The position numbers and the translations under genes were made by a program. Source: Campylobacterales bacterium (GTDB lineage: Bacteria > Campylobacterota > Campylobacteria > Campylobacterales > QNZT01). Taken from it: a DNA stretch of 60,000 nt. Under the pieces are notes generated by a model, which made no database searches, was not told the DNA's origin, and worked only from the letters and a program-made list of their open reading frames with translations. The stretch lies in assembly GCA_027023405.1 (NCBI GenBank), contig JALVVN010000038.1, forward strand, positions 85,333-145,332, read 5' to 3'. Of this stretch, positions 30,125 through 39,567 are shown piece by piece (positions within the stretch are counted from its first letter, which is position 1; every line of letters begins with the position of its first letter).

Positions 30125-30151
30125 ATATCGTCAAATGAGAAAAAAGTTTTA
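30125..30151 (-). promoter_or_regulatory. Putative sigma28 (FliA) promoter of the 29270-30070 gene
   Basis: Minus strand TAAA-acttttttctcattt(15 nt)-GACGATAT versus consensus TAAA-N15-GCCGATAA. Confidence 0.65.
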
Positions 30152-30922
30152 GACAGATGCGTGACTTTTTTTGTGTAGAGTAATAATGCGTGAATCTTTA
30201 CCATCAATTTGAAGCATACGAAAAAAATTTCGTTTATAGACTCCACTATCAAGCCCAATCTTATCAGCTTTCATAAATGGTGCATAAAAGGGAGTGTGAC
30301 CAAAGACAACTGTATAGTCAAGTTTTTTTTTAGAAAAGAGAAAGGGATCGCGTATCCAGTAGAGTGTCTCATCATCGACTTGTTGATCTAAATCTTTTTG
30401 GCGGGGATCGATACCGGCATGCACGAAAAGGTAGCGGTTTTTGCGATCAAGATAGTAAGGTAAGAGATCTTGAAAAAATTTTTCAAAGGCATTATAAAAG
30501 TCGGGTTCCTTTTGAAACATTGCATCAAAACAGTCAAAGGAGTGTTGAAGAAACGGGTAACGATTTTTGATATCGTAATCATCTTGAAAATAGTATGCTT
30601 CATAGAAGAGTTCATGATTTCCTCGCAAAAAGAGCATCTCTCTTCCCTGCTCCTTTGCCCACTCTTTAAGAGAGATTAAATCCCGAAGAACGAGGTAGGA
30701 GCCCGCATCTTTATAAAAAACAGAATCGATCTCTCCACTCTCACCGCGATCAAGATAATCACCTAAAAAAATAATCGTGCGATCAGGCTCACACTCCTTT
30801 TTGATATAGTGTTCCACCTGCTGATAGATAGAGTAGGTTCCATGTAGATCAGGTATAACCAAATAGCGACACGATGCACTCTGTTTGAGAGGATGAAAAA
30901 GTGTCGTAAGTTTTTTGATCAT
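30149..30922 (-). CDS. Calcineurin-like metallophosphoesterase (Ser/Thr protein phosphatase family)
   Basis: PDLHG, LGDYLDRG, LRGNHE, FVHAG, VVFGHTP, GLDSG. Confidence 0.9.
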   Translation of the reverse strand: MIKKLTTLFHPLKQSASCRYLVIPDLHGTYSIYQQVEHYIKKECEPDRTIIFLGDYLDRGESGEIDSVFYKDAGSYLVLRDLISLKEWAKEQGREMLFLRGNHELFYEAYYFQDDYDIKNRYPFLQHSFDCFDAMFQKEPDFYNAFEKFFQDLLPYYLDRKNRYLFVHAGIDPRQKDLDQQVDDETLYWIRDPFLFSKKKLDYTVVFGHTPFYAPFMKADKIGLDSGVYKRNFFRMLQIDGKDSRIITLHKKSHASV

Positions 30923-30934
30923 AGGAGTATGCCT

Positions 30935-31792
30935 CTAACTTTTTTTACATATTATATCACCAATTTGACGATTGAGTGAATGTGCAACGACTCCGCACTT
31001 GACTTTGAGTAGAAAAAAGAGGGGGAGATCATCTCTATCGCTTAAGCACTCATAGTTGCCCATCCCTTTGGAGATGATGCAATCGGCACGATCAAAAATC
31101 TCTCGCGCCTCTTGATTCATCAATGAATAGACAAGTCCGGGAGTAGGTACACCGCTATCGACAATGCGCGTTAATTTCACTAGTGGATCCCCCTCCAAAT
31201 CTTTGAGTGTCAAATCGTTGATAATCGGCTCACCTCGAACAAAATAGTAGATCTCTAATTTTGGGAAAAGGCGTTTGAGCAGTGAGATATAGATGCCATC
31301 AAAGATATTTTCTCCGGCATTATCTGCAAGATAGACTACATTTTCAGCATGTTGAAGTTGTTGATAGAGTGATGAGGTGTCATCGATTGCAAAGTGATCC
31401 AGCAACACTGTTTCCACCGCTTTGTCAAGGTCAAATTGTACTTCACTGGCAAGATCGATTACATTTCCCAAGACGGCGATCTTCGTTCCAGTCACAAAAT
31501 CATCATGAGAGGCTTTGAGTATCGTTTCAAGCTTTTCTCTGAAGCGTTGTGCATGTGCAATAGACTCTTTTTTGATTTGTGCATAGAGGTCATCTCGCTT
31601 GAGATAGGTTGCAATCTCTTGGTAGAGAGGTGTTGCATTTTGTGGAGGGGTGAGATCAAAGCGAAATTGCGGTACATGTCTGGCAGCGATATCCAAAACA
31701 GCTTTGGATTGGTCTTGATCCAAGCCAAGCACCTTCGTGACTCGTAGTGCTTGGTTGAAGATGCAGGCGATGCAGTCGGTCTGAATATTCAA
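30935..31792 (-). CDS. DUF89/ARMT1-like damage-control phosphatase
   Basis: CIAC, GNVID, DNAGE, PIINDLT, ISKGMGNYE, LLKVKC. Confidence 0.9.
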   Translation of the reverse strand: MNIQTDCIACIFNQALRVTKVLGLDQDQSKAVLDIAARHVPQFRFDLTPPQNATPLYQEIATYLKRDDLYAQIKKESIAHAQRFREKLETILKASHDDFVTGTKIAVLGNVIDLASEVQFDLDKAVETVLLDHFAIDDTSSLYQQLQHAENVVYLADNAGENIFDGIYISLLKRLFPKLEIYYFVRGEPIINDLTLKDLEGDPLVKLTRIVDSGVPTPGLVYSLMNQEAREIFDRADCIISKGMGNYECLSDRDDLPLFFLLKVKCGVVAHSLNRQIGDIICKKS

Positions 31793-31795
31793 GGG

Positions 31796-33148
31796 CTAAA
31801 ATTTTCCGTTTTTGATAGAGTCGGCAATCAAAAAGGAGAGTTCGAGTGCTTGCGAAGCATTGAGTCTCGGATCGCAGTGGGTGTGGTAACGAGAGGAGAG
31901 ATTCTCTTCTGTAATCGCTTGTGCACCACCGATACACTCTGTTACATCTTTACCTGTCATCTCGAGGTGGACACCGCCGGCAACCGTCCCTTCCGCCTGA
32001 TGAATCTGCATAAAGTTTTTCACCTCTTTGAGGACATTATCAAACTCTCTTGTTTTGTAGTTATTGCTGGTCTTAAAGGTATTGGCATGCATCGGATCGG
32101 ATGACCACAAGACTTTGAGCCCTGCCTCTTTGACCGCACGAAGTAGCGGTGGAAAATGCTCATTAATCGCATCCGCTCCCATTCGTACGATGACATTCAG
32201 CTTACCGGCTTCATTATCAGGGTTGATCGCTTCAATCAACTGAAGTAAATCCTCTTTTGTAGTAGTTGGTCCTGCTTTAATTCCTACCGGATTTTCAACA
32301 CCGCGCAAAAACTCTACATGGGCATGATCAAGCTGTCTGGTACGATCACCGATCCAGAGCATATGGGCTGAACAGTCATAATATTTACCGCTCAAACTAT
32401 CTTGTCGTGTCAATGCCTCCTCATAGTTGAGAAGTAGCGCTTCATGTGAAGTATAGAGTACGGTTTGGTTGAGAAGCGGTGTATTCTCACTATTAATCCC
32501 GATTGCACGCATAAAGTCAAGCGCTTTTTTAATGTCATTTGTCAGCTCTTTATAACGCTTAGTCGCATGAGAACCCTCAGCAAAATCAAGATTCCATTGA
32601 TGCACTTTTTGGAGATCCGCATATCCGCCTCTCGCAAAAGCACGGATCAGGTTGAGTGTCGCCGCCGATTGATTGTAAGCGCTAAGCATCCGATAGGGAT
32701 CGGGTTCTCGTGCCTCAAGCGTCGGTTCGATAGAGTTGATAATATCTCCACGATAACTGGGGATTTTCTCTCCGTTGATCTCCTCAAAGTCACTACTTCT
32801 CGGTTTGGCAAACTGTCCGGCGATGCGCCCTACTTTGACGACCGGTTTTCCTCCAGCAAAGGTAAGTGCCACAGACATTTGTAAAAAGACTTTGAAAAAG
32901 TCGCGAATATTGTCAGCATTAAACTCTAAAAAACTCTCCGCACAATCACCCCCTTGGAGTAGAAAGGCTTTGCCCTCTGTGACTTGGGCAAGAGATTTTT
33001 TTAGACTCTCAACCTCCTCTGCAAAGACAAGTGGCGGATAGTGTGAAAGCTTCTGCTCTACTTGTGTCAATAGTCTCTTGTCATTATATGTTGGTTGTTG
33101 GAGAATAGGTTTTTCTCTCCAGCTACTTTTTGTCCATGCTTGTCTCAT
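31796..33148 (-). CDS. Class II DAHP synthase
   Basis: [46 protein letters not shown]. Confidence 0.96.
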   Translation of the reverse strand: MRQAWTKSSWREKPILQQPTYNDKRLLTQVEQKLSHYPPLVFAEEVESLKKSLAQVTEGKAFLLQGGDCAESFLEFNADNIRDFFKVFLQMSVALTFAGGKPVVKVGRIAGQFAKPRSSDFEEINGEKIPSYRGDIINSIEPTLEAREPDPYRMLSAYNQSAATLNLIRAFARGGYADLQKVHQWNLDFAEGSHATKRYKELTNDIKKALDFMRAIGINSENTPLLNQTVLYTSHEALLLNYEEALTRQDSLSGKYYDCSAHMLWIGDRTRQLDHAHVEFLRGVENPVGIKAGPTTTKEDLLQLIEAINPDNEAGKLNVIVRMGADAINEHFPPLLRAVKEAGLKVLWSSDPMHANTFKTSNNYKTREFDNVLKEVKNFMQIHQAEGTVAGGVHLEMTGKDVTECIGGAQAITEENLSSRYHTHCDPRLNASQALELSFLIADSIKNGKF

Positions 33149-33465
33149 ATTATCTCTTTTTTCTCTCTATCGTTTTATTCTTACTAAAGGGCAGCTACTC
33201 TTTGAGATGTGCCTAAATGTAAAGAAGTATTATAGTGGTTCTTTTTTTAAGGGAACCTCTAATCCTCCACTAAGAGTTGGATAAATAATCTCTTATGGCT
33301 TTTAAAGGAAAATGATTATTAACAAAAAGTGCTACGAATAGTAATGAAAGTAATAATTTATTTACTTATAATAGTAAAAACTTCTCTTTATCTCTTTATT
33401 TAAGTTATACTAATTTGTACTCAAGAGTAGTAAATTGAATTTAAATATAAGGAGAATTTTCAAGA

Positions 33466-35685
33466 ATGAAAATAGATATTCGGACAATAGCTTTCTCATT
33501 AGCCACGGTGGCGACACTCATAGGTTGTGGTGGATCTAATGTGGCAAATGAACGGAGTTCACTCAGTGAACCGATTGTGCCGTTGGCAACAAAAGTGACT
33601 AGGGCTGACTGGACAGGTGTAGAACCGGTTGCAAACGGTTTTTTTATCACGAACGACAATTCACTTTTGTCATTTAAAATAAAAGATCAACATATTGCTG
33701 ACAATAGTTACCATAGTGAAATTATCCTAATTGATGCAGATCATAATGCACAAACCGGTTATCACAATCAGAGATGGGGAGATATCGGTGCAGAGTATTT
33801 GATCGAAGGGAATAGTCTTTATAGTTATACGGGAACACGAGAGGAGTGGAGTTGGAATTTTGTGGCTCGTGTTTCTCGAAGAGTCATTGATGGTCAGAAT
33901 GATGAGCTAGAGGTTGAGTTCCCTCGTTCACTTATTCAAACGCCTGACAACCAAATTAGTGCGGAAGCTGCATTAACCGATGAGAATTGGGCGACATTGA
34001 CTGCTACGGATATTGTCAATTATGAACTTACCGGTGACGGTGTTGTTGAAAATAGCTTTCAGCTAACAGATAGCGAACAGCAGATTGATTTTACCATGCA
34101 AAGCGCTTTTATCACATCTGCTGATTTTAGAGCCACTGCAATTTTTATCGATGCAGATAATAATCCTCAAACGGGGTATCGTAATGAGAGATGGGATAAT
34201 ATCGGTGCAGAATATTTAATCATTGACGGTGCGGTTTATAGTTACGGCGGAGAGGGATGGAGTTGGAATTTTCTCTCTAATGTTCAGAGAGATATTCAAG
34301 ATACAAATGCTCATATTGTAGTGAATAAAGAGGGATTAACCTTAGGAAATACAATCCGAACGGTTGCAGGTATTTTGGATCAAAATTGGCAAGTAATGTT
34401 CCGATACGATCTGAGTTCAGCAACGATTACAGGAAATCAACCGGAACCACTTCCGCAAGCTACTATTCAAGATAGCATGAGCCAAATGCAAATTGTTCTT
34501 CAAAGTGAGGAGATTGCAAACGGTAATGCGGCACTAGAAACGATCTTTATTGATACAGATAATAATCCTCAAACCGGGTATAGTAATGCTAGACTTGATT
34601 ATGGTGCGATGGGCGCGGATTATATGATCCAAGGTGACATTGTCTATCACTACAACGGTGAGGGATGGAGCTGGAGTCGTATCGGAAATGCCACCGTTAC
34701 AAGAGAAAATGATACGATGCATATCGTTTTTGACAAACTACCGCTTCATTTTGGTGCAAACATTCGTCTGTTCCCTACTTTGACCGATGCCAATTGGCAA
34801 ACAGTTACGCGTTATGCGGAAGTAGATGTCACACCGATGCAACCTGCAGAGGGAGTGACCGTACGACATGATCTCAACTTCTTTTGGTTTGGTATGCAAA
34901 ATGACAATCTTACACTCAATGATACAATGCAAACCGAAATTTATATTGATGAAGATGACAATCCCAACACCGGATTTGAGATTAACGGTATCGGGGCAGA
35001 GTATCGTATAGTCAATGATCGTGCATTTGCGCTCAGAGGTAACGGCGAATGGGGAGATCTGCTCAACGGTGAAGATAGTGCTGTTGTCTATCAACGAGGA
35101 GAACATGGTGTCAATGTTCGCACACGAAGATCGCAGCTTCGTTACACACATAGACATATTGCGGTAACTGGAAGAGTAGTTGATGAGAATAACAATGAAG
35201 TCTTTGCTTTCACACCGACACACTATGTCGTTCAAGCGGATAATGATGAGATTACGCTTAATCTTGACAATCCTGACTATTATACATTTGAATTTCATTC
35301 ACCCCTGATTCAAGAAGCGCATTTTGGTCACGATGCCGTAGATGATTTGGTGACTAGTCTACATTTGGCAATCGATTTGGATAATAATCGTTTTACAGGG
35401 AACCAAATGAATGCGGTAGGTGCAGACTATTTTACAGGATCTTGGTCATCTCATAGAGAGCTTTATCACTTTATCGGTACAGAAGGTACACATAGTTGGT
35501 GGGAGCGATGGGAAACTGTAGATGACAGTGATACGATTGTAACCGTGCAAGATGGATTGGTCACGATTGCTATTCCAAGAAGCGCCCTACCAGTTAGCGG
35601 TCCTTTTACGGTAGCGAGTACTTTCAATGACAGCCACGGTCATTTTTACTGGACTAACCACTATGAGTTTGATTTAGGAAATTAG
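33466..35685 (+). CDS. Large lipoprotein with five tandem ~130-aa beta-rich repeats
   Basis: Lipobox LIGC; five copies of ID.D.N..TG...GA[ED]Y; SD AAGGAG. Confidence 0.85.
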   Translation: MKIDIRTIAFSLATVATLIGCGGSNVANERSSLSEPIVPLATKVTRADWTGVEPVANGFFITNDNSLLSFKIKDQHIADNSYHSEIILIDADHNAQTGYHNQRWGDIGAEYLIEGNSLYSYTGTREEWSWNFVARVSRRVIDGQNDELEVEFPRSLIQTPDNQISAEAALTDENWATLTATDIVNYELTGDGVVENSFQLTDSEQQIDFTMQSAFITSADFRATAIFIDADNNPQTGYRNERWDNIGAEYLIIDGAVYSYGGEGWSWNFLSNVQRDIQDTNAHIVVNKEGLTLGNTIRTVAGILDQNWQVMFRYDLSSATITGNQPEPLPQATIQDSMSQMQIVLQSEEIANGNAALETIFIDTDNNPQTGYSNARLDYGAMGADYMIQGDIVYHYNGEGWSWSRIGNATVTRENDTMHIVFDKLPLHFGANIRLFPTLTDANWQTVTRYAEVDVTPMQPAEGVTVRHDLNFFWFGMQNDNLTLNDTMQTEIYIDEDDNPNTGFEINGIGAEYRIVNDRAFALRGNGEWGDLLNGEDSAVVYQRGEHGVNVRTRRSQLRYTHRHIAVTGRVVDENNNEVFAFTPTHYVVQADNDEITLNLDNPDYYTFEFHSPLIQEAHFGHDAVDDLVTSLHLAIDLDNNRFTGNQMNAVGADYFTGSWSSHRELYHFIGTEGTHSWWERWETVDDSDTIVTVQDGLVTIAIPRSALPVSGPFTVASTFNDSHGHFYWTNHYEFDLGN

Positions 35686-35698
35686 ATTAGCTTGTTTT

Positions 35699-35728
35699 TG
35701 CAAACCCTCAAACTTTTGAGGGTTTGCA
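35699..35728. terminator. Perfect inverted repeat / terminator after the repeat lipoprotein
   Basis: TGCAAACCCTCAAA-ct-TTTGAGGGTTTGCA, 14-bp arms. Confidence 0.7.
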
Positions 35729-35778
35729 TTGAAACCATTTTTATAGTATACTATCTATAAAAAAGGTTACTTATAGTT

Positions 35779-36228
35779 ATGGTTGATATCTTTTCCGTTA
35801 TTTTGATAGGATCTCTCGTGACCTTTTTGATGTATCAAAACATCAATAAAGTGACACAAAAGATCGAACAAAGTAGCAACGACAAACACCCCAGCTTTTC
35901 TAAATTTGCCACCAAAATTATCGAGACGATCCGAGAAGTAAAAAAAGATCTTGATAGCGATATGGAGTGTGAAAATCCTCACTTTTGCAAAAATGATCAG
36001 TGTGATGAAAAAGAGGTAATTAAAGCCTTAAACGACTTGATACGAAGAGCCTCCTTTTATGAGGGTGAGCGAGCGAAAAGTTTTTCTCGCAGAGAGGCGG
36101 AGGCGGAATTTGTGGATATTCTGCAAAAGTTTGAAGAGATTGTTCGGCACTCCTGCATAAATGGTCAAGAAGAGGCCTTAAAACTTAAAGATGAACTCCA
36201 TAAATCCTATCAAGAACTTATAGGATAA
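35779..36228 (+). CDS. Hypothetical membrane-anchored helical protein
   Basis: N-terminal TM helix and helical body with four Cys; 3 nt before the arginyltransferase gene. Confidence 0.75.
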   Translation: MVDIFSVILIGSLVTFLMYQNINKVTQKIEQSSNDKHPSFSKFATKIIETIREVKKDLDSDMECENPHFCKNDQCDEKEVIKALNDLIRRASFYEGERAKSFSRREAEAEFVDILQKFEEIVRHSCINGQEEALKLKDELHKSYQELIG

Positions 36229-36231
36229 GTT

Positions 36232-36975
36232 GTGCAAAAGATCCCCTTTTGCAACTATGATGTCATAGAGTTTACGACACTGGAGACACAGTGTGTCTAT
36301 CTTCCGCAAGAGCGTATGCAGATGCGTTACAAATATATCTACAATGCTCCCAAGAGTGTTGCTTCACAATTGACAGTGCAAGGGTGGCGCCGTTTTGGTC
36401 ACTACTTCTCCAGACCGGCATGTCAAGCGTGTCATGCATGTTTGAGTCTTCGAATTGATGTCAATCGTTTTTCGTTTAGCCGATCAGCCAGACGCACAAT
36501 GCAAAAAAATAGTCACACCACACATCGTATCACGACGCCGCAGATCAGTGATGCGCATTTGGCACTCTATGAAAAATATCATCTCTTTAAACAGAAAAAA
36601 GAGGGGTGGGACTACTATCCGATTACACAAGAGGGGTATGAAGATCTCTATCTCAAAGGTGATCCGTCTTACGCACGAGAGGTCTCCTATTATCTTCACA
36701 ATCGGCTCATTGGTGTGGATTTGATTGATATACTTGAAGATGGTATTTCAGCGATCTACTTCTACTATGATCCGGATTTTTCGCATCTCTCATTGGGACG
36801 CTACTCGATCTATCGACAGATTGAGATGGCAAAAGAGATGGGATTAGCTTGGATCTATCTTGGGTATAGTGTGGATAGTTGTAAAAGTTTAAATTATAAA
36901 CTGCAGTTTAAACCTCACCAAATTCTTTACGATCGTCCTGAGCTTGAGCAAGTGGCAAACTGGCGGGTATCTTAG
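36232..36975 (+). CDS. Arginyl-tRNA-protein transferase family (Ate/Bpt)
   Basis: CVYLP, GWRRFG.YFSRPAC..C..C.SLRIDV, SAIYFYYDPD, YLGY...C.SL.YK. Confidence 0.92.
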   Translation: MQKIPFCNYDVIEFTTLETQCVYLPQERMQMRYKYIYNAPKSVASQLTVQGWRRFGHYFSRPACQACHACLSLRIDVNRFSFSRSARRTMQKNSHTTHRITTPQISDAHLALYEKYHLFKQKKEGWDYYPITQEGYEDLYLKGDPSYAREVSYYLHNRLIGVDLIDILEDGISAIYFYYDPDFSHLSLGRYSIYRQIEMAKEMGLAWIYLGYSVDSCKSLNYKLQFKPHQILYDRPELEQVANWRVS

Positions 36976-37361
36976 TAGCTCTTTTTTCGAAGGTAAGTGG
37001 GCAAATCCAAATCATCCTCTACCCTACTTTTATGTATAATATTACTTTGATGAATCGGTATTTGAATCTCCTCTAGTTTCATCTCTTCCGTTGCTTGTTG
37101 TGTTGCTTGCGGCGTTTTGTTAACTTCTACCGACTCAACCGGCTGTGTGGTAAGATCACGCTTTTTGCCGAGTCCCTGCATAATCTTTTGCGCCTCCTCC
37201 TGATCGATAGCACCCATTTTTATCAGGGCATAACTAAGCCCCTCACAAAAACCTTTGAGTCGCCATGAAGACTCCGGATCGTGATCTGCTTTGAGGGTAT
37301 AGAAGCGATCGACAACATCGATAAGAGAGTTGATAAGCTTCTTTTGTGTAAAATCATCCAT
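36972..37361 (-). CDS. Hypothetical protein with FtsZ-like C-terminal peptide
   Basis: Helical N-terminal ~67 aa, Q/T/E-rich linker, C-terminus EDDLDLPTYLRKKSY; TATAAT 6 nt before the ATG. Confidence 0.75.
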   Translation of the reverse strand: MDDFTQKKLINSLIDVVDRFYTLKADHDPESSWRLKGFCEGLSYALIKMGAIDQEEAQKIMQGLGKKRDLTTQPVESVEVNKTPQATQQATEEMKLEEIQIPIHQSNIIHKSRVEDDLDLPTYLRKKSY

Positions 37362-37393
37362 TCATCAATTATAACCAAAGGTAGATAAGTTTT

Positions 37394-38119
37394 ATGGCGC
37401 TACGAGAGATAGCATACCGCGACCGACACTTTAGTATCAGTTATTCGATTTACCACCACAATAAAGCAGACACCCTGCTCTTTTTGCACGGTTGGGGAAG
37501 CAACAAAGAGATTATGGCGCAAGCCTTTGCCAAACAGCTGCCGGAGTATCGGCTTCTCTTTGTCGATCTGCCCGGTTTTGGTCAAAGCCCCAACGACTAC
37601 CCCTTGACAACGGAGGATTATGCAAAGATTATGCAACTTTTTTTAGAGCAGATGCGTATCCGACCCTGTGCGATTGCGGGACACTCATTTGGCGGAAAGG
37701 TTGCGACACTGCTTCAACCACCGACACTAATCCTACTAAGTTCTGCCGGTATTGTCGTGCCAAAATCTCTCAAAGTGCGCCTGAAGATCAGACTTTTCAA
37801 GATGCTCAAACCTTTGGGCGGATCGGCGCTACGCAAATATTTTGTCTCAAAAGATGCCAATGAGATGAGTGAAGCGATGTATCAAACCTTCAAAAATGTG
37901 GTGGATGAGGATTTTACTCCTCACTTTCAATCCTATCAAGGTCGCGCACTTCTCTTTTGGGGAAAGCATGATCAAGCGACACCGCTTCATAGCGGAGAGA
38001 CGATTGCTTCACTGATCCAAGATGCAAAATTCTACCCTTTAGAGGGAGATCACTTCTTCTTCCTCAAGCACTCCCCCTTTATCGCCCAAACTATCGAACA
38101 GGAGCTATCATCTTGCTAG
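37394..38119 (+). CDS. Alpha/beta fold hydrolase
   Basis: LHGWG, DLPGFG, GHSFGG, GDHFFF; overlaps murF. Confidence 0.9.
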   Translation: MALREIAYRDRHFSISYSIYHHNKADTLLFLHGWGSNKEIMAQAFAKQLPEYRLLFVDLPGFGQSPNDYPLTTEDYAKIMQLFLEQMRIRPCAIAGHSFGGKVATLLQPPTLILLSSAGIVVPKSLKVRLKIRLFKMLKPLGGSALRKYFVSKDANEMSEAMYQTFKNVVDEDFTPHFQSYQGRALLFWGKHDQATPLHSGETIASLIQDAKFYPLEGDHFFFLKHSPFIAQTIEQELSSC

Positions 38120-39567
38120 AGACACTCTTTCAAATCACATCACACATCCTCTTTACCTTTGCCCTCGCCTACTACCTGATGACCAATCTCCAATGGTACC
38201 ACTACAAATTTGGTCGTGTGATCCTCCATCACAACAAAACGCTTTGGCATCTGCTCTACTTTTTGGTGCCCCTTTTTCTCTATATTCTCTTTTCGCTCAA
38301 AGGGATACTCAACTATTTTTGGATCGTCTTTTATCTCGGATATCTACCCGCTCTCTACCTTTGGCAGAAAAAACTTGACAAACCCCTTGTCCTAACTTCG
38401 AGAGTCAAGCGTTTTTTTGGCTTTTTACTGTTTGCACTACTGGTTTCCGATAGCCTCTGTGCGATGAGTAGCAAATGTGCCCATTTTGGGTCGATCCTAC
38501 CGCTGGTTGTCGCTTGGTTTGCTTCATTGGCATATGAAAAGATACTCTTTAGCGGTTTTTACAAACGCGCCCAAAAGCGACTCCAATCTGATCACAAACT
38601 CAAGATCATCGCCGTGACGGCAAGCTACGGCAAAACCAGCATCAAAAACTTTCTCTACCAAATCCTCTCTCAACAGTTTCACTGCTACAAAACCCCACGA
38701 AGTGTCAATACCCTCGCCGGACTTGTAAAAGATGTCAATGAGAATCTTAAAGAGGGGGTTGAGATCTATATCGCCGAAGCGGGAGCACGAGAGCGGGGAG
38801 ATATCGATGAGATCGCGCGTTTTTTAGAGGAGCACTATGCGGTTGTCGGCAGTATTGGTCCGGCACATATCGAGTATTTTAAAACTTTAGAGAATATTCG
38901 AAATACCAAGATGGAGATTTTGCACTCCAAACGCCTTAAAAAAGCGTTTGTACACCAAAGTGCCAATATCAAGCCGACTAAAAATATTGTCGTTTTTGGA
39001 GCTGAGATCAAAAATATTGAAGCTGATCTGCAAGGATTGCGCTTTGAGATGGAGCTGGAGGGCGAGATACATCGATTTGAGACACCGCTCTTGGGAAGCT
39101 TTCACGCGCAAAACCTTGCAGCCGCCATACACATCGCACGAGAGTTTGGACTATCTATCAATGAGATCCAAAAGGCACTCAAAAAGCTCCAACCCACGGA
39201 GCATCGACTCCAAAAGATCGAAGCGGGTGGTAAACTCATCATTGATGATAGCTTTAACGGTAATTTTGAAGGGATGAGAGACTCCTATGAGCTGGTCAAA
39301 AAGTATAAGGGAAGAAAGGTGCTGATCACGCCGGGGATCATTGAGAGTGATGATGAAACCAATATTAGACTTGCCAACAAGATAGATGAGGTGTTTGATC
39401 TGGTAATCATTACAGGAGAACGAAATCGACGCCTTCTAGATCATGAGATCACAAAGGCAAAAAAGATCATTCTCAAAGAGAAGGGAGAGCTTCAAGATCT
39501 ACTCGCGCAAGAGACACGAAGCGGTGATCTAATCCTCTTCTCCAACGATGCACCGACCTTTATTTAA
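38113..39567 (+). CDS. murF: Mur ligase (MurF-type) with N-terminal membrane segments
   Basis: VTASYGKTSIK P-loop, TPRSVNT, EAGAR, HRLQ, IIDDSFNGN; N-terminal TMs as in Campylobacterota MurF. Confidence 0.85.
   Translation: MLETLFQITSHILFTFALAYYLMTNLQWYHYKFGRVILHHNKTLWHLLYFLVPLFLYILFSLKGILNYFWIVFYLGYLPALYLWQKKLDKPLVLTSRVKRFFGFLLFALLVSDSLCAMSSKCAHFGSILPLVVAWFASLAYEKILFSGFYKRAQKRLQSDHKLKIIAVTASYGKTSIKNFLYQILSQQFHCYKTPRSVNTLAGLVKDVNENLKEGVEIYIAEAGARERGDIDEIARFLEEHYAVVGSIGPAHIEYFKTLENIRNTKMEILHSKRLKKAFVHQSANIKPTKNIVVFGAEIKNIEADLQGLRFEMELEGEIHRFETPLLGSFHAQNLAAAIHIAREFGLSINEIQKALKKLQPTEHRLQKIEAGGKLIIDDSFNGNFEGMRDSYELVKKYKGRKVLITPGIIESDDETNIRLANKIDEVFDLVIITGERNRRLLDHEITKAKKIILKEKGELQDLLAQETRSGDLILFSNDAPTFI

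Noticed and set aside
33078-33284. 68-aa ORF and weak hairpins in the DAHP synthase / lipoprotein intergenic region
   Set aside because: The ORF overlaps the DAHP synthase start and has no SD. The stems are short and AT-rich, and no riboswitch consensus was recognised.
34738-35298. 186-aa antisense ORF inside the repeat lipoprotein
   Set aside because: Fully antisense to a well-supported gene, with no motif or RBS; a codon-usage shadow.
33730-35430. Recurring ~30-bp similar sequences as a possible CRISPR-like array
   Set aside because: They are spaced ~400 bp apart, are in frame and encode the protein repeats; no cas genes are present.
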